Positions 1 through 9,367 of a DNA stretch of 64,000 nt are shown piece by piece. This DNA comes from an uncultured Victivallales bacterium (GTDB taxonomy: Bacteria; Verrucomicrobiota; Lentisphaeria; Oligosphaerales; JABHEG01). The position numbers were made by a program, and so were the translations under genes. Below the pieces are notes generated by a model. The model searched no databases and had not been told where the DNA came from. It saw nothing but the letters and a program-made list of their open reading frames with translations. Position 1 is the first letter of the stretch. Each line of letters starts with the position of its first letter. The stretch is taken from NCBI GenBank assembly GCA_964607765.1, contig CAZSNT010000035.1, positions 1,103 to 65,102 on the forward strand. Direction: 5' to 3'.

Positions 1-2
1 TC

Positions 3-1805
3 ATGATCGCGGGCAGCACCAAGAGCGCCGTGGACACCCCGGACCCGCATGTCGTGCCGCCATATCTCAAGGACCGCACGGCACTTTACCAGAAGCACAC
101 GGAAGCGCTGTTCAACGAGTCGTTCGAGATGATGCGCGTCGCGTATGCGACCGACACGGCGACCTTCCAGGACCTGCAGCTGCCCGAGCGCCCCAATGCG
201 AAGTTCGCAGGCTTGTGGGAGCAGTTCCTGCGCGAAACGGAACTGCCGTTCTACGCCTACATGATCGGGGAGACACACGCGCCGCGCTCGCGCGGCGTGC
301 TGCCCTTCCGCCTGCGCCAGTTCAAGGCCGAGATGGTCCAGCGCTTCGACGGTGACATCAAACGGTTCAACGAAGAAATGCAGTCGGAGTATGTGAACTG
401 GAACGCGTTCTACGTGCTGCCCGAGGAGTACCTGCTGCGCCGGAGCAAGCCGACCATGCGCCCTATGGACCAGGCATTCCGTGCGTTCAAAGCACGCCAA
501 CCGCTCTCGAGCCGGTACGTGTTCAGCGTCGAGGGGTACTACCGCATGGCGTTCCTTTACTCGAAGTTCTCCGGGGACATCGCCAAGTACAACGCCGCGC
601 ACGGCACGGAGCTGACCGGCTGGGAGCAGGTCCGCCTCACCCGCGCGTGTCCGCCAGAAAGTGCGAGCACCGTTCAGGAACGCGCAGACTGGGAACTGTT
701 CCTACGCACGCTCCTGAACCTGTACTGGATCCGTGCGGACTCCGCAGCGGCCGGCGAGTACCGCGCATTCCTGGCGGCGAAATACCAGACCATCGGCGCT
801 CTCAACCGCAGCTACTCGACCGACTACGCGTCGTGGGCGGCCATCCCACTTGTCGGCGAACCGCCTGCCGCCGGGCTCGTCCAGGCCGACTGGGCCTCCT
901 TCATCGAGGGCTGGCGCGACCCGAACACGCAGAAGACGCACCGAATTGCGCTCGAGCACCTGCGCGTACACAGCGTTGACTTCATGTTCCGCGACTGGCT
1001 GAACGAGCGATTCGGAACACCCGCAGCCATGAACGCCGAGGCCGGGACAGCGTTTGCGGACTGGGCCGAGATCCTCGGGCCTCAACAAGACATGCACGTC
1101 ATTGCTTTCACCGGGGCCGAGGCGGCGCTGCGCCGCGAGTTCACCACCCGGAACTTCGTCACGGTCATCGATTTCATCGTGCTCCACGGTCGCGGTATCC
1201 TCAACACCGTGATCTACTGCGGACTGGCGATTCTCGCCGCACTCATTGTCAACCCGCTCGCAGCGTACGCACTGAGCCGGTACAAACCGCCGTCCACGTA
1301 CAAGATCCTGCTGTTCCTCATGATGACCATGGCGTTTCCGCCCATGGTCACACAGATCCCCAACTTCCTGATGCTGCGTGAGCTCGGGTTGTTGAACAGT
1401 TTCTGGGCGCTGATTCTGCCGGGGCTCGCCAACGGCTACTCGATCTTCCTGCTCAAAGGCTTCTTCGACAGTCTGCCGCAAGAGCTCTATGAGAGTGCAG
1501 CCATCGATGGGGCGGGAGAATTCCGCATCTTCTGGCAGATCACCATGAGTCTGAGTACGCCGATTCTCGCGGTGATCGCGCTCAACGCCTTCACTGCCGC
1601 CTACTCGAACTTCATGATGGCACTGCTTATCTGTCAGGACGAGAGCATGTGGACGCTCATGCCCTGGCTTTACCAGCTTCAGATGCGCAGCGGCGAAGGC
1701 GTCGTGTTCGCGTCCCTGCTCATCGCTGCAATCCCGACGTTCTTCGTCTTCGTCACCTGTCAGAACGTGATCATGCGCGGCATCGTGGTGCCAGTGGAGA
1801 AGTAG
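3..1805 (+). CDS. Carbohydrate ABC-transporter permease (MalG / BPD_transp_1-like), 5'-partial, with a >380-aa hydrophilic segment before the membrane domain
   Basis: The ORF is open from the window edge. The last ~215 aa are hydrophobic helices carrying the EAA-type loop 'ESAAIDGAGEFRIFWQITMSLSTP', typical of binding-protein-dependent permeases. The preceding ~385 aa are hydrophilic. Confidence 0.8.
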   Translation: MIAGSTKSAVDTPDPHVVPPYLKDRTALYQKHTEALFNESFEMMRVAYATDTATFQDLQLPERPNAKFAGLWEQFLRETELPFYAYMIGETHAPRSRGVLPFRLRQFKAEMVQRFDGDIKRFNEEMQSEYVNWNAFYVLPEEYLLRRSKPTMRPMDQAFRAFKARQPLSSRYVFSVEGYYRMAFLYSKFSGDIAKYNAAHGTELTGWEQVRLTRACPPESASTVQERADWELFLRTLLNLYWIRADSAAAGEYRAFLAAKYQTIGALNRSYSTDYASWAAIPLVGEPPAAGLVQADWASFIEGWRDPNTQKTHRIALEHLRVHSVDFMFRDWLNERFGTPAAMNAEAGTAFADWAEILGPQQDMHVIAFTGAEAALRREFTTRNFVTVIDFIVLHGRGILNTVIYCGLAILAALIVNPLAAYALSRYKPPSTYKILLFLMMTMAFPPMVTQIPNFLMLRELGLLNSFWALILPGLANGYSIFLLKGFFDSLPQELYESAAIDGAGEFRIFWQITMSLSTPILAVIALNAFTAAYSNFMMALLICQDESMWTLMPWLYQLQMRSGEGVVFASLLIAAIPTFFVFVTCQNVIMRGIVVPVEK

Positions 1806-1874
1806 CCGGGGCCCGGAGAAAGCGGAATGACGCACCCACTCACCAGCCAGCAACCGGCAAGCAAGGAGCCTACC

Positions 1875-2579
1875 ATGACTCGTCCAGCAATCCTCGTCTC
1901 AATCGTCCTCCTTTCCCTCGCCGTCACGGCCCGGGGCCAGTCCGCCGCCACCCGAGTTCACTACACCTTCTCCCAGGCCGAAGCCTGGACCGCCGAGAAG
2001 CTGGCCGAGGCCTTCCAGCTCAACCAAGACGCCAAAGAGCCCAAAGCGCTCCAGACGCACGCCAAGAGGTCCGCCAACATGAACGGCTGGCTGGAACTAA
2101 CGGACGTCGGCCCGGGCATCCCACACCTGACCGTACCGTTGACCGCGCCCGCCGCGTCCGGCAGACTCGAACTGCAGCTCGGGACCAACGGCACACAAGG
2201 GCAACACGTGGGCGTCGAGCTAATGCGCGGCAAGACGATCTTGGCCGCCCTGCAACTGCATAACAACACCACCGGCGCGCTGGTCATCGGCAAAGACAAG
2301 AGCCGCACGTTCTACGACGCTGTCTCGTGGTACCGCAACGTCCGCCGCTTTGTCCTTTCCTGGGAGGGGGCCGACGCAGAGCAGGCCGGGCGCGTCTCCC
2401 TGCGCTTCGAGCCGAAGGGCGAAGATCTGACGCCCATAACATTCGAGGACGTCACGGTCGCAGCGGCCGGACGCCCCGACGCCATTCGTTTCCGGGCCGG
2501 TTTCAACACTGGCGTCACCAAGGGCCTCGTCCTCGACGAGCTCAAGCTCGACGCCCCGGCCCGAAGGAAGGCACGGTAG
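1875..2579 (+). CDS. Hypothetical secreted protein
   Basis: ATG 1875 is preceded by AAGGAG (1863-1868). 'MTRPAILVSIVLLSLAVTARGQS' looks like a Sec signal peptide. No family recognised. The ORF-track start at 1827 is an alternative. Confidence 0.55.
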   Translation: MTRPAILVSIVLLSLAVTARGQSAATRVHYTFSQAEAWTAEKLAEAFQLNQDAKEPKALQTHAKRSANMNGWLELTDVGPGIPHLTVPLTAPAASGRLELQLGTNGTQGQHVGVELMRGKTILAALQLHNNTTGALVIGKDKSRTFYDAVSWYRNVRRFVLSWEGADAEQAGRVSLRFEPKGEDLTPITFEDVTVAAAGRPDAIRFRAGFNTGVTKGLVLDELKLDAPARRKAR

Positions 2580-2583
2580 GGCC

Positions 2584-4401
2584 ATGCGCAATGGCGACCC
2601 CAATGATCCGCGAAGCGAGACCCCAGCCGCGATGACCACTGACGACAGAGGTACTGACATGCTCGGGTGGTGGCGCGAAGCGCGTTTTGGGTTGTTCATT
2701 CACTGGGGGTTGTACGCAATCCCGGCAGGTGTATGGAAAGGCGAGGAAATCCCGGGCATTGGTGAACAGATCATGCGCTTCGCCGAGATCCCGGCGTCCG
2801 AATATGCTGAGCTTGCCGGCCAGTTCAACCCGCACCGGTTCGACGCTGAGCAATGGGTGGCCATCGCCAAGTCAGCCGGCATGAAATACCTCGTGATCAC
2901 GGCAAAGCACCATGATGGGTTCGCACTCTTCAAATCAGCTCACCCGTTCAATGCCGTGGATGCAACGCCGTTTGGGCGCGACATCATCGCGGAACTGGCC
3001 GCGGCCTGCGACAAAGGCGGCATCAGGTTCTGTGTCTACTACTCGCAGAGGCAGGACTGGAGCCATCCCGACGGGACCTGGAACGAATGGCCGGACCAGT
3101 TTCCTGTACCCGTGGAGAAACGCGGCTATGACTTCAGCCGCTGCATGAACGAGAAGAGCATTCCGCAGGTGAAGGAATTGCTGACCCAGTACGGCCCGAT
3201 CGGTCTGGTCTGGTTCGACACCCCACATGACTCCACGCCGGAACAGAGCCGGACCTTCAGAGACCTGGTGCATGACTTGCAGCCTGAATGTCTTGTGTGC
3301 AGCCGTGTCGGCAACGGGTACGGCGACTATACCAGTCTCGACGACAATGGGTCCCTGTACTGCGGCAGCAGGAATCTCGATGGAGAAATCCCAGCCACGA
3401 TGAACCACACATGGGGGTACAAGAGCACTGACCACGATTGGATGAACGTTGAGGATGCGCTGCACTCATTGATCCATTCCGTTGCCAATGGATGCAATTA
3501 CCTGCTCAATGTGGGGCCCAAGGGCGACGGTCAGATCCCTGAAGAGAGCGTCGAGCGTCTCAAGGCCATGGGGGAGTGGATGCACGTCAACGGCGAGGCC
3601 GTATATGGTGCAGGTATGGCGCCGTTCCCGAACCCGTTCTCGCATGGGGTGATAACAGCAAAGGGAGACAGCCTCTACTTGATCTGCTCGGAATGGCCTG
3701 GCTCTGAGGTCGTGCTTCGGGGACTCAAGACAAAAGTCTTGAACGCTGTGTTGCTGGCGGATCCCAACCGCAGCATCGAGTGCCATCAGGAACGACACAG
3801 CGACGGCCTGGTTGTGCACGGCTTGCGGATCTCCAACCTGCCGCCGGCTCCTCCCGAAGGGCGTTTCCCGGTAATCAAACTTGAGCTTGCGGGTAAACCG
3901 GAGGCCGAACAGGTGACCGCGGCCTCAGGTGACGGCACAATTCATCTGTTTGCCGGCTGTGCAGATATTGAGAGGTCGGAAGGGAGCAAACTCACCGTTG
4001 ACGAGGCAAGCGGAGTCCCCGAAGCGTTCCACGAGAACAGCGGATCGTTGAGCTGGACGTTCGCTGTTGAACGGCCTGGGACGTACTGCCTTGAAGCCCT
4101 GACCAACCGTCGCCGAGCGCATCCGTGGATCGCCGGGGTGTTGGTAGAGATAGAGACAGACGCCGGCGTATTGAAGGCAGAGCTGAAACCGGACCGCGCA
4201 TTGGACAATCTCCAGAAGCACTACCATCCGGAGACGATCAGTGAGATCGGCGACATCGAGTTCTCGGCCGCCGGGATGCACCGGCTGTGCCTTCGCGTAG
4301 CTGATATGCCTAAGGACAAGGAAACGCTGGCATGTTTCTGGGGCAAGGAAGAGAAGCGAACCGTCAAGCTGGTCGAGCTCCGGCTATTGCCTCAACACTG
4401 A
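2584..4401 (+). CDS. Alpha-L-fucosidase, GH29
   Basis: GH29 motifs are present: 'WWREARFGLFIHWGLYAIPAG', 'KYLVITAKHHDGFALFKS' and 'YGPIGLVWFDTP'. No signal peptide. The start could be ATG 2632. Confidence 0.9.
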   Translation: MRNGDPNDPRSETPAAMTTDDRGTDMLGWWREARFGLFIHWGLYAIPAGVWKGEEIPGIGEQIMRFAEIPASEYAELAGQFNPHRFDAEQWVAIAKSAGMKYLVITAKHHDGFALFKSAHPFNAVDATPFGRDIIAELAAACDKGGIRFCVYYSQRQDWSHPDGTWNEWPDQFPVPVEKRGYDFSRCMNEKSIPQVKELLTQYGPIGLVWFDTPHDSTPEQSRTFRDLVHDLQPECLVCSRVGNGYGDYTSLDDNGSLYCGSRNLDGEIPATMNHTWGYKSTDHDWMNVEDALHSLIHSVANGCNYLLNVGPKGDGQIPEESVERLKAMGEWMHVNGEAVYGAGMAPFPNPFSHGVITAKGDSLYLICSEWPGSEVVLRGLKTKVLNAVLLADPNRSIECHQERHSDGLVVHGLRISNLPPAPPEGRFPVIKLELAGKPEAEQVTAASGDGTIHLFAGCADIERSEGSKLTVDEASGVPEAFHENSGSLSWTFAVERPGTYCLEALTNRRRAHPWIAGVLVEIETDAGVLKAELKPDRALDNLQKHYHPETISEIGDIEFSAAGMHRLCLRVADMPKDKETLACFWGKEEKRTVKLVELRLLPQH

Positions 4402-4476
4402 GTGCCCGGGATGCCAAGACGTCATCGGATCACGTGACCGTCATTCCGACGGGCGACAACCTCAGAGGGTCGTTTC

Positions 4477-7400
4477 ATGAAGCACACGGTCAGCCTTGGA
4501 ATCGCCTTACTGTTTGTCATGTCGCTACATGCGGACCAGGCCCTGATCGACAGGTCGGGCATCTCGGGCGGCCTGCTGGTGCGGATCGGCGCCCACGACG
4601 CCAGGGAACTGGCCACGCCCCAGATCACCAACAGGTTCGTCGTCCACGTGCTCGACACGGATGCGACCAAGGTCGCAGCAGCTCGTGCGGCGTGCAAGGG
4701 CGAATTGTACGGCCGGGTCAGCGCTGACACGTTCGACGGCAGATCTCTGCCGTACGCCGAGAACCTGGTGAACCTGTTCATCGCGGACACGAGAGGCGAC
4801 ATTCCCGATGCGGAGATTCGCCGCGTGCTGGCGCCGGGGGGCATCGCTTTCATAGAGGGCGACAGGCTCCTGAAACCGACGCCTTCGAACACCGACGAAT
4901 GGACCCACTATCTGCATGGGCCGGACAACAATGCGGTGGCCAGCGACGCGATGGTCGGTCCGCCGCGACACCTGCAGTGGGTGGGACCGCCGCGCTGGAC
5001 GCGCGATCATCACATCCTCAACAGCGTCAGTTCCGTCGTCACCGCCGGAGGACGCCTCTTCTTTATCCTCGACGAGGCCACCGGACGCGACCTGAACGCG
5101 CCGGGGGAATGGGCGTTGATCGCGCGGGACGCTTACAACGGCATCGATCTGTGGCGCGTGCCCATGGGGTCCTGGGCCCACCACAGGTTCCGATTCCGGT
5201 CCGGCCCGCCCCAACTCCCTCGGCTGCTGGTGGCGTCAAAGCAGCACGTGTATGCGCCGCTTGGGCTCAGCGAACCGGTGTCACAGCTCGACGCACGGTC
5301 GGGGGACGTGCTGCGCACGTTCGAGGCGACGACCGGTGCCGAGGAAATCCTGTTGCTCGACGGGACGCTCCTGGTGCTCAAGAGTGCTCCGGTAGCCACG
5401 CATGCGGCGAAGCACCCCAAGTTCAAGGGCGTCTACGCCCAGCCGCGGAACAAGGCGATTGTCTCTGTGGACACCAGGACCGGGAAGACGCAGTGGTCCA
5501 TGCCGCTTGTCGGCAGCGTCCGCGCTGAGACGCTGGCAGCCGATGACGGGAATGTGTTTGTCCAGGTCGACCAACAGGTGATCTGCCTTGATCGCGCCTC
5601 CGGCAAGGAGCGCTGGCGTCACGGCGAGGCGGCCAACGCCGCGACAGCCGTGCCGACAAAGAAGCCAAAAACGCGGAAGCCTCCAGGGCTGAGCTTCGGC
5701 ACACACGTTCTGGTCGTGTCGGATGGCGTTGTCCTGTGCCGGCTGGGCGCGGAGCTGGTCGCCATCGATGCCGAGAGGGGGGAGAGACTGTGGTCCACAA
5801 AGGGGGGACAGGGCTTTCACGCGCCCCTGGACGTGTTCGTCATTGACGGCAGCGTCTGGACCGGCAGCCACCCCTCTGATTCGACCGCACCGCCGCCGGT
5901 GGCGGATTTCAGTGTCCAGCGCGACCTGAAGACGGGCAAGGTCCTGTCGCGCAACTCCACCATGGTCGACCTGCAGAGCGCGGGGCATCATCACCGGTGT
6001 TACCGCAACAAGGCGTCGACGCATTACATCATTTCCGGAAAGCGCGGGGTCGAGATGCTCCACGTCACGGGCGACAACCACTCCCGAGACAACTGGATCC
6101 GCGGCACCTGCCAATACGGGATCATGCCGGCCAACGGTCTGGTATACGCGCCGCCGCACTCCTGCGGGTGCTACCCGGAGTCGATGGTGCGCGGCTTCCA
6201 CGCCATGGCAGCCAGGCGCAGCCGCGAGCTCGAGTACAGGTCGCGGGCCGCGGAGAGGGGGCCGGCCTACGGCAAGACCGACGGTGCGGTCGCCGCGCTG
6301 ACAGATGCGGCCTGGCCGACGCTCCGGGGAGATGCACGGCGGACCGGCACCGTGGCGACCGAGCTCCCCGGCAGCCCGTCGCAAGCCTGGACAACGTCGA
6401 TCGGCGGGCAGCTGTCCCAGCCCGTGGTCGCCGGAGACATGCTTCTGGTTTCCGCCGTCGACCGACACGCCGTGTATGCGCTCGACGCCAAGTCGGGCAA
6501 AGAGCGCTGGTCACGGACCGTCGGCGGGCGGGTCGACTCACCGCCGACCATTCACCAGGGGTTGTGCTTGTTCGGCTGTACGGATGGATACGTCTACTGC
6601 CTGCGTCTGCGCGATGGGGCGTTGGTATGGCGGTTCCTCGCCGCCCGCACGGATCGGCGCACGATTGCCTGGGGCCAACTCGAGTCGCTCTGGCCTGTGC
6701 ACGGGAGCGTCCTGATCCAGAACGGTCTCGCGTATGTGTCCGCCGGCCGCTCGACTTGGTTCGATCACGGTATCGACTTGTACGCGCTCTCACCTGAGAC
6801 CGGCGAGGTCGCACACCACACCCAGTTCGAGACGAAGCCGCCCAAGTTCGGCAAGGGGAAAAGGGACGAGCAGCTCACAGCGAGGGCGGAGGAGTTCAAG
6901 AAGTCGATCCTCGCCAAAACAGCGCGCGGCTCAAGTCGCGCGGACTATAAGACGTTTGCGCAGAGCGACCGATCAGTTTCGTTCTCCATGGCCGGCGGCA
7001 CCATCTCGGATGTCCTGGTCAGTGACGGGAGCGACGTATTCATGCACCAAGTCCGGTTCAACAGCCGGTTGGAGAGGCAGGCGGAACGGGCTCGGCACCT
7101 GATGGCCACCGGCGGGTTCCTGCACGACCCGAGTGAAGAATCGCGCCTGCACTGGGTCGTTGGCGACGGCGACTTCAGCCAGTATCCCCTGCCCTACCCT
7201 CGTTACGTTGGCACCGGCGAGAAGAACCCGGCCTGTGGCCTTATCCTCGCCTACACCGCGGACACCGCCTGGGCGATCCTGCGCGCCCGACGCTACAGCA
7301 AAGTGTTCGACTGCAACCTGGTCGCTTTCGACCTGAAGAACAACGCCCAGGCCTGGCAGGCGCCGCTCGGCAAGTTCATCGCCCGGTCCATTCTCAAGGC

Positions 7401-7587
7401 CGGCGACCGCCTGATCGTCTGCGGCATACAGAATGGCAAGAGCGTGCTGCAGCTTCACGTTGCAGCCAACGGCAAGCTCCAGGCCACCGTGCCCTTGGCG
7501 CAGCCGCCCGTGTGGGACGGCGTCGCCGCCGCCCACGGCCGCCTCTATCTCGCGATGGCCGATGGCAGGATCACCTGCCTGGAATGA
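4477..7587 (+). CDS. Secreted PQQ/BamB-like beta-propeller protein with a degenerate N-terminal SAM-methyltransferase-like module (paralog 1 of 3)
   Basis: Signal peptide '[19 protein letters not shown]'. It has '[19 protein letters not shown]', but motif I reads 'VRIGAHDA'. Propeller repeats include '[38 protein letters not shown]'. It also carries the invariant '[11 protein letters not shown]' and '[22 protein letters not shown]'. Confidence 0.75.
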   Translation: MKHTVSLGIALLFVMSLHADQALIDRSGISGGLLVRIGAHDARELATPQITNRFVVHVLDTDATKVAAARAACKGELYGRVSADTFDGRSLPYAENLVNLFIADTRGDIPDAEIRRVLAPGGIAFIEGDRLLKPTPSNTDEWTHYLHGPDNNAVASDAMVGPPRHLQWVGPPRWTRDHHILNSVSSVVTAGGRLFFILDEATGRDLNAPGEWALIARDAYNGIDLWRVPMGSWAHHRFRFRSGPPQLPRLLVASKQHVYAPLGLSEPVSQLDARSGDVLRTFEATTGAEEILLLDGTLLVLKSAPVATHAAKHPKFKGVYAQPRNKAIVSVDTRTGKTQWSMPLVGSVRAETLAADDGNVFVQVDQQVICLDRASGKERWRHGEAANAATAVPTKKPKTRKPPGLSFGTHVLVVSDGVVLCRLGAELVAIDAERGERLWSTKGGQGFHAPLDVFVIDGSVWTGSHPSDSTAPPPVADFSVQRDLKTGKVLSRNSTMVDLQSAGHHHRCYRNKASTHYIISGKRGVEMLHVTGDNHSRDNWIRGTCQYGIMPANGLVYAPPHSCGCYPESMVRGFHAMAARRSRELEYRSRAAERGPAYGKTDGAVAALTDAAWPTLRGDARRTGTVATELPGSPSQAWTTSIGGQLSQPVVAGDMLLVSAVDRHAVYALDAKSGKERWSRTVGGRVDSPPTIHQGLCLFGCTDGYVYCLRLRDGALVWRFLAARTDRRTIAWGQLESLWPVHGSVLIQNGLAYVSAGRSTWFDHGIDLYALSPETGEVAHHTQFETKPPKFGKGKRDEQLTARAEEFKKSILAKTARGSSRADYKTFAQSDRSVSFSMAGGTISDVLVSDGSDVFMHQVRFNSRLERQAERARHLMATGGFLHDPSEESRLHWVVGDGDFSQYPLPYPRYVGTGEKNPACGLILAYTADTAWAILRARRYSKVFDCNLVAFDLKNNAQAWQAPLGKFIARSILKAGDRLIVCGIQNGKSVLQLHVAANGKLQATVPLAQPPVWDGVAAAHGRLYLAMADGRITCLE

Positions 7588-7784
7588 CCGCGCCGCCGTC
7601 AACGGGGAGCCGCCGCCGGCACCGACAAGAACCCAAAGGAGCCCGTTCCGTGGAGCAGCAGAGGCCCAACATCATCTACATCCTCGCCGACGACATGGGC
7701 TATGGCGACATGGGATGCAACAACCCCGACTCCAAGATCCCGACCCCGAATAGGGCCTATGTGGGCAGGAGGGCCAAACAATGA
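7584..7784 (+). pseudogene. N-terminal remnant (~55 aa) of an S1 sulfatase
   Basis: The ATG overlaps the stop of 4477..7587 (ATGA). '[30 protein letters not shown]' is a canonical sulfatase N-terminus. Similarity ends at about 7752, before the C-x-P-x-R motif, and the frame stops at 7784. Confidence 0.7.
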
Positions 7785-9253
7785 TCAACAGGATAACACT
7801 GCTGTTTGCCGCATTGCACCTTATCTGTGCGGGAGCTGAAGCAGAATCACTCAAAGGCACGCGTCCCAATATTATTCTGGTGATGACGGATGACCAGGGA
7901 TCGGATCTGTCCTTTACCGGACACCCGATTGTGAAAACACCGAATATTGACCGGTTGGCTGAACAGTCGTTACGACTGAATGATTTTCATGTCAGCCCGA
8001 CATGTTCGCCAACGCGTGCGGCGCTGATGAGCGGAAGGCATGAATTCAAGAATGGTGTAACACATACCCATTACGAACGTGAGCTTATGGCACTCTCCAC
8101 AACGACCTTTCCGCAGATTCTGCGGCAGGCCGGTTATGAGACCGGGATTTTCGGGAAATGGCACCTCGGGGATTTTGAGGAATATCAGCCTGGCAGACGC
8201 GGGTTCTCGGAAGTCTTCATCCATGGAGGGGGAGGGATAGGACAGAAGAATCCGAGTAGCTGTGCAGACTTCCCCCCAAACCGAGGGGAAGGATGCTATT
8301 TCGATAACGTATTGCTCCACAACGGCACCGTTGTCAAGACCAAGGGATACTGCACTGATGTCTTCTTCCTGGGGGCTCTGGGATGGATCAAAGAGAAACT
8401 CACATCTCAAGAACCGTTCTTCGCCTTTATATCCACGAATGCGCCGCATGCGCCTATGATTGCACCGGAAGCATCTATCAAGCGCGTTCTTGCGCGGACG
8501 GGTGGCAAGAAGATCACCGGAGCCGTGAAACGCCTGGCCATGATAGAAAACATAGATGACAATTTCGGACTGATGATGCGGAAACTGGGAGAATGGGGCG
8601 GGTTAGATAACACTCTCATCATATTCACTAGTGACAATGGTGCTGCGCTGGGTAAGAGGAATCAAAGGAGCAAGGTGTGGAATGCCGGGTATCGGTCGGG
8701 GAAGGGAACTCCTGGAGAGGGGGGAACACATGTGCCTTGTTTTTGGTACTGGAAGGGGATTCTTCAGGCGAGGGAAGTTGGTGCGCTGACAGCCCACATT
8801 GACCTCTATAGGACGTTCTGCGACTTGGCCGGAGCAACAATTCCCGAAGGGATTCAGGAATTGGACGGTCGCAGCCTGCTGCCACTTCTGGAAAGCCCTG
8901 ATGCCGAATGGGAAGACCGTATGCTGTTTGTTCATGTAGGCCGTTGGGGGAAAGGCCGGGAACCACGGAGAAATGACTCGTATGCGGTACGTACGCAACG
9001 CTGGCGCATGGTGGGGAAAGAGCTCTACGACATTTCAAACGACCCCTACGAGAAAGAGGATGTATCCGCACAACATCCGGAAGTTCTTGATCGTCTCAAT
9101 GCTGCCTACATGGAATGGTGGAAAGAAGTTCTTCCGCTGATGGTCAACGAGAAGCGTGAATTCAAAGAAGAAGCCCCTCCCTGTTTCAAGCAGTACAACA
9201 GACAGGAAAAGACAAAGGGCATTCCGGAATGGGTTCCGCCTGAGATTGAATAA
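7781..9253 (+). CDS. S1 sulfatase, Cys-type (formylglycine)
   Basis: Motifs '[13 protein letters not shown]' and '[12 protein letters not shown]'. Signal peptide '[21 protein letters not shown]'. AGGAGG lies upstream, and the start overlaps the remnant's stop (ATGA). GC is visibly lower than the upstream DNA. Confidence 0.9.
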   Translation: MINRITLLFAALHLICAGAEAESLKGTRPNIILVMTDDQGSDLSFTGHPIVKTPNIDRLAEQSLRLNDFHVSPTCSPTRAALMSGRHEFKNGVTHTHYERELMALSTTTFPQILRQAGYETGIFGKWHLGDFEEYQPGRRGFSEVFIHGGGGIGQKNPSSCADFPPNRGEGCYFDNVLLHNGTVVKTKGYCTDVFFLGALGWIKEKLTSQEPFFAFISTNAPHAPMIAPEASIKRVLARTGGKKITGAVKRLAMIENIDDNFGLMMRKLGEWGGLDNTLIIFTSDNGAALGKRNQRSKVWNAGYRSGKGTPGEGGTHVPCFWYWKGILQAREVGALTAHIDLYRTFCDLAGATIPEGIQELDGRSLLPLLESPDAEWEDRMLFVHVGRWGKGREPRRNDSYAVRTQRWRMVGKELYDISNDPYEKEDVSAQHPEVLDRLNAAYMEWWKEVLPLMVNEKREFKEEAPPCFKQYNRQEKTKGIPEWVPPEIE

Positions 9254-9367
9254 CCCGAGGACTGCGCGCATGTCGCCTGGATATAGAAGAGCTGTACTTC
9301 GGGACTGTTCAGCGATTACGGACATCCCGGATCACGGGGTGACCCTCGACACGGAGAATCAATAGCC

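Noticed and set aside
647-2263. Overlapping plus-strand alternative-frame ORFs such as 647..979, 733..1002 and 1649..2263, with similar ones throughout the window.
   Set aside because: They are Arg/Pro/Ala-rich out-of-frame readings of supported genes, with no independent evidence.
7700-7800. A mobile-element origin (IS, integrase, tRNA attachment site, direct repeats) for the GC-content steps at about 7750, 46810 and 56530.
   Set aside because: I found no transposase or integrase-like ORF, no tRNA and no terminal inverted or direct repeats at these junctions. The mosaic is reported only as a compositional and gene-remnant observation. Chimeric metagenome assembly remains an alternative explanation.
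9314-9321. A single GATTACGG about 47 nt upstream of GH92 (9368), considered as a shared operator with the element at 17422-17492.
   Set aside because: It is one 8-mer with no palindromic partner nearby. Other near-matches in the window (for example at 35051 and 58261) are inside genes, so this is compatible with chance.
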